Below, piece by piece: positions 61,835-64,000 of a stretch of 64,000 nucleotides of DNA (position 1 is the first letter of the stretch; the number at the start of each line of letters is the position of its first letter). A program made the position numbers and the translations under genes. The notes under the pieces are model-generated. The model was not told where the DNA came from and did no database searches. It worked only from the letters and a program-made list of their open reading frames with translations. Origin of the DNA: Camelus dromedarius (taxonomy: Eukaryota); assembly GCF_036321535.1 (NCBI RefSeq), contig NC_087437.1, forward strand, positions 14,758,001 to 14,822,000, in the 5' to 3' direction.

Positions 61835-62135
61835 AAAGATTGTTTTGGCAACTTGATGTCTTCTATGGTTCCATATAAATTTTGGAATTGCTTGTTCTAG
61901 CTCCGTGAAAATTGTCATGAGTATTTTGACTGGGGTTGCACTGGATCTGTGGATTGCTTTGGGTAGTACGGCCATTTTGATACTGTTGATTCTTCCAATC
62001 CAAAAGCACAAGAAATCTTTCCATTTCTTTGTATCATCTTCAATTTCCTTCATCAATGTTTTACAGTTTTCAGAGTATAGGTAACCTCCTTGGTTAAGTT
62101 TATTTCTAGGTATTTTGTTGTTTTTAATGCAATGG
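61835..62135 (-). mobile_element. L1 ORF2 fragment in the opposite orientation
   Basis: Translation MKEIEDDTKKWKDFLCFWIGRINSIKMAVLPKAIHR is typical of L1 ORF2. Confidence 0.88.
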
Positions 62136-62599
62136 AAATGTTTATGCCAATGATAAAATTCTGATTTTTGGAGTGAAGGGCCACAAATATCCTTCTTTTC
62201 TATGGGGTAACAACTACAGGAATCCTGGGAATTGCTGCTAATATTGGGGCAGTCCTATCTCCCATCATCATGATCCTAATGATGTATTCTCCCCACCTGC
62301 CCTGGATCATCTATGGAGCCTTCCCCATCGTCAATGGTCTTGTTGGCCCACTCTTTCCTGAAACCAGGAATCAACCTCTGCTTGACTCCATCCAAGATGT
62401 GGAAAAGGAGAGAAGAGGTTCAAGAAAAGCAAAGCAGGAAGATACCTTCATAAAACTGAGAGTTTTAAGGAATTCCAGTAACTAACTGCTGATTCAAGAG
62501 CAAAATAAAAGAAAAAATGAGATAATGCCTAGAAACTGGGGAATTTTATAAAATAAATGCATGAACATATAGTGGAAAAACAGGAAAAAAAAAAAAAAA

Positions 62600-63005
62600 A
62601 AGGCCCAGCAGATTCAAGAAAAACTTTTACCTCTCCCTTGACTACCTATAAGAATTCAGATAGGGGACCTGGCCTAGAAAGAGCACGGCTACCAGAGACA
62701 GCTTTTTATGTGAAAGACCCATCTGTATGGCAGGGCAAACATCTAATTACCAAACATCTGCTCTTATCATCCTGTGAATCAGCCTTCTGCCCTCTGAAGC
62801 CTCAAGCTCCTATCCCATTCCTAGCTCAGGATGAGATGTAAGCCTCATCTGCCCAACTTACCCTTGGATCTCATTTTTTTTTTATGGTGCTCCCTTTAAC
62901 AAAATTAAGTTTTGTTTTTCTCCTGTTAATCTGTCATATGTCAATTTGATTCTTAGACCGGCCAAAGAACCTAGAAGGGAATGAGGGAAAATTTTCACCC
63001 CTACA
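62600..63005 (+). mobile_element. ERV1-type LTR, 3' portion
   Basis: Typical LTR end 'ttttctcctgttaatctgtc...gaacctagaaggg...cccctaca'. Left boundary uncertain. Confidence 0.6.
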
Positions 63006-63950
63006 GCCTACTCTCCTGGGGTAAGTGAGAAGGGTTTAATGAAGAATGCTCCAAGACAAGGTTAAGGTAAACCAACAAGGAATGGCGCAGTATCATGGGG
63101 TGAGCTGAGAACTGAGTTCTGGGAGGGGTGCCCACACACAAAAGCCATCATCAATACAAGAATGCAGCTAATGAAAATCCACAAGGAGGGAGGGTGGCAG
63201 TCAGAATACATCATCCATCTCCCTCTACTGCCCCACTCCAACGTCCTGCTAGTGCTTCCCATCACCAGAAGGTAAGTGAGCCCAGTGATGTGGGCCACAG
63301 AGCAAGGCCAAGAAGGATGTGGAATAAACCCAGAGGGACAAACAGAGTAACCAATGCGATCATTCAAAAATTATGAGTGTATACAAAGATTTAACTACAA
63401 GGAGATCCATCACATCATTGTTTGTAAAAGCAAAAATATGGAAATGACCTAAATGTTACAAAGGGAAAAAAATTGTTATCCACATGAGGGCAGAGATGAT
63501 CTTGCCCATTTTCGTATATAAACTGCAGCACCTGGAATAATGTCTTGCTTAGAAAATATTCCTTAAACATTAAAAATGCTAGTGTGGGGGTATGCTTATG
63601 GACATGGAAAGATGTTCGTAATTTAGTTTAAAAAAACAGGTTACAAAATAATGTGGTAATGATCCCATTTTGTTTGATAGCTAGCTACACAGATAGACGA
63701 TGCAGGTTTGGAAAAACATACATGGAGATGGTCACAGTAATTAATGATGCTCTAAGGGAGGCTGTTTTGTTCTGTTTGATTTGTTTTTATGTTTCATTTT
63801 CTGATTTTGCTGTAATGAAAACAAATTGCCTTTAAAATAAGAAAATATAGCTTTTTTTCAGTTTTATTTATAAAAAAAAAATTTACAACCTGGAATAGTC
63901 ATGACACTGAATACCATTCACACTACCTACATAATTATATGCATTAATAC

Positions 63951-64000
63951 CTCGACAATGCCTGACTCGTGTCTTTGCTGGATTTTCTTCCTCCATCTCA
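63951..64000 (-). CDS. TOPBP1: TOPBP1 coding exon, partial (..RWRKKIQQRHESGIVE), continues beyond the window
   Basis: Donor GAG|gtatta. Translation matches the BRCT7-8 linker and joins in frame to GAFSGWK. Confidence 0.93.

Overview
Mammalian genomic DNA, most likely a camelid (alpaca, vicuna or camel), judged from 11 copies of a tRNA-Ala-headed SINE with a CTAATTACCTCCCC 3' part (Vic-1-like). The window holds two convergent protein-coding genes. (1) The complete CDV3 gene on + has a CpG-island promoter, five coding exons (17080-28746; 795 nt, 264 aa), an alternative short C-terminus through a tandem acceptor at 27836/27839, and a poly(A) signal at 30986. (2) The 3' end of TOPBP1 on - has one partial and three complete coding exons (64000-53558) covering the BRCT7/8 region and a basic NLS-like tail. 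The rest is mostly transposable elements: L1 fragments, SINEs, MaLR/ERV LTRs, Tigger/hAT remnants, MIR/L2. I found no prokaryotic-type system, CRISPR array or convincing new protein-coding gene. The most interesting observations are a TSD-flanked L1 insertion with both a twin-priming inversion and an apparent 3' transduction, an unidentified 181-bp insertion with a 17-bp direct repeat, coding tandem duplications in CDV3 exon 1, CDV3 splice-site features, a (CCTG)n tract in CDV3 intron 1, and a ~360-bp monomer array in an L1 5' region. Gene and repeat-family names come from recalled sequence, not from a database search; repeat boundaries without a TSD are approximate.
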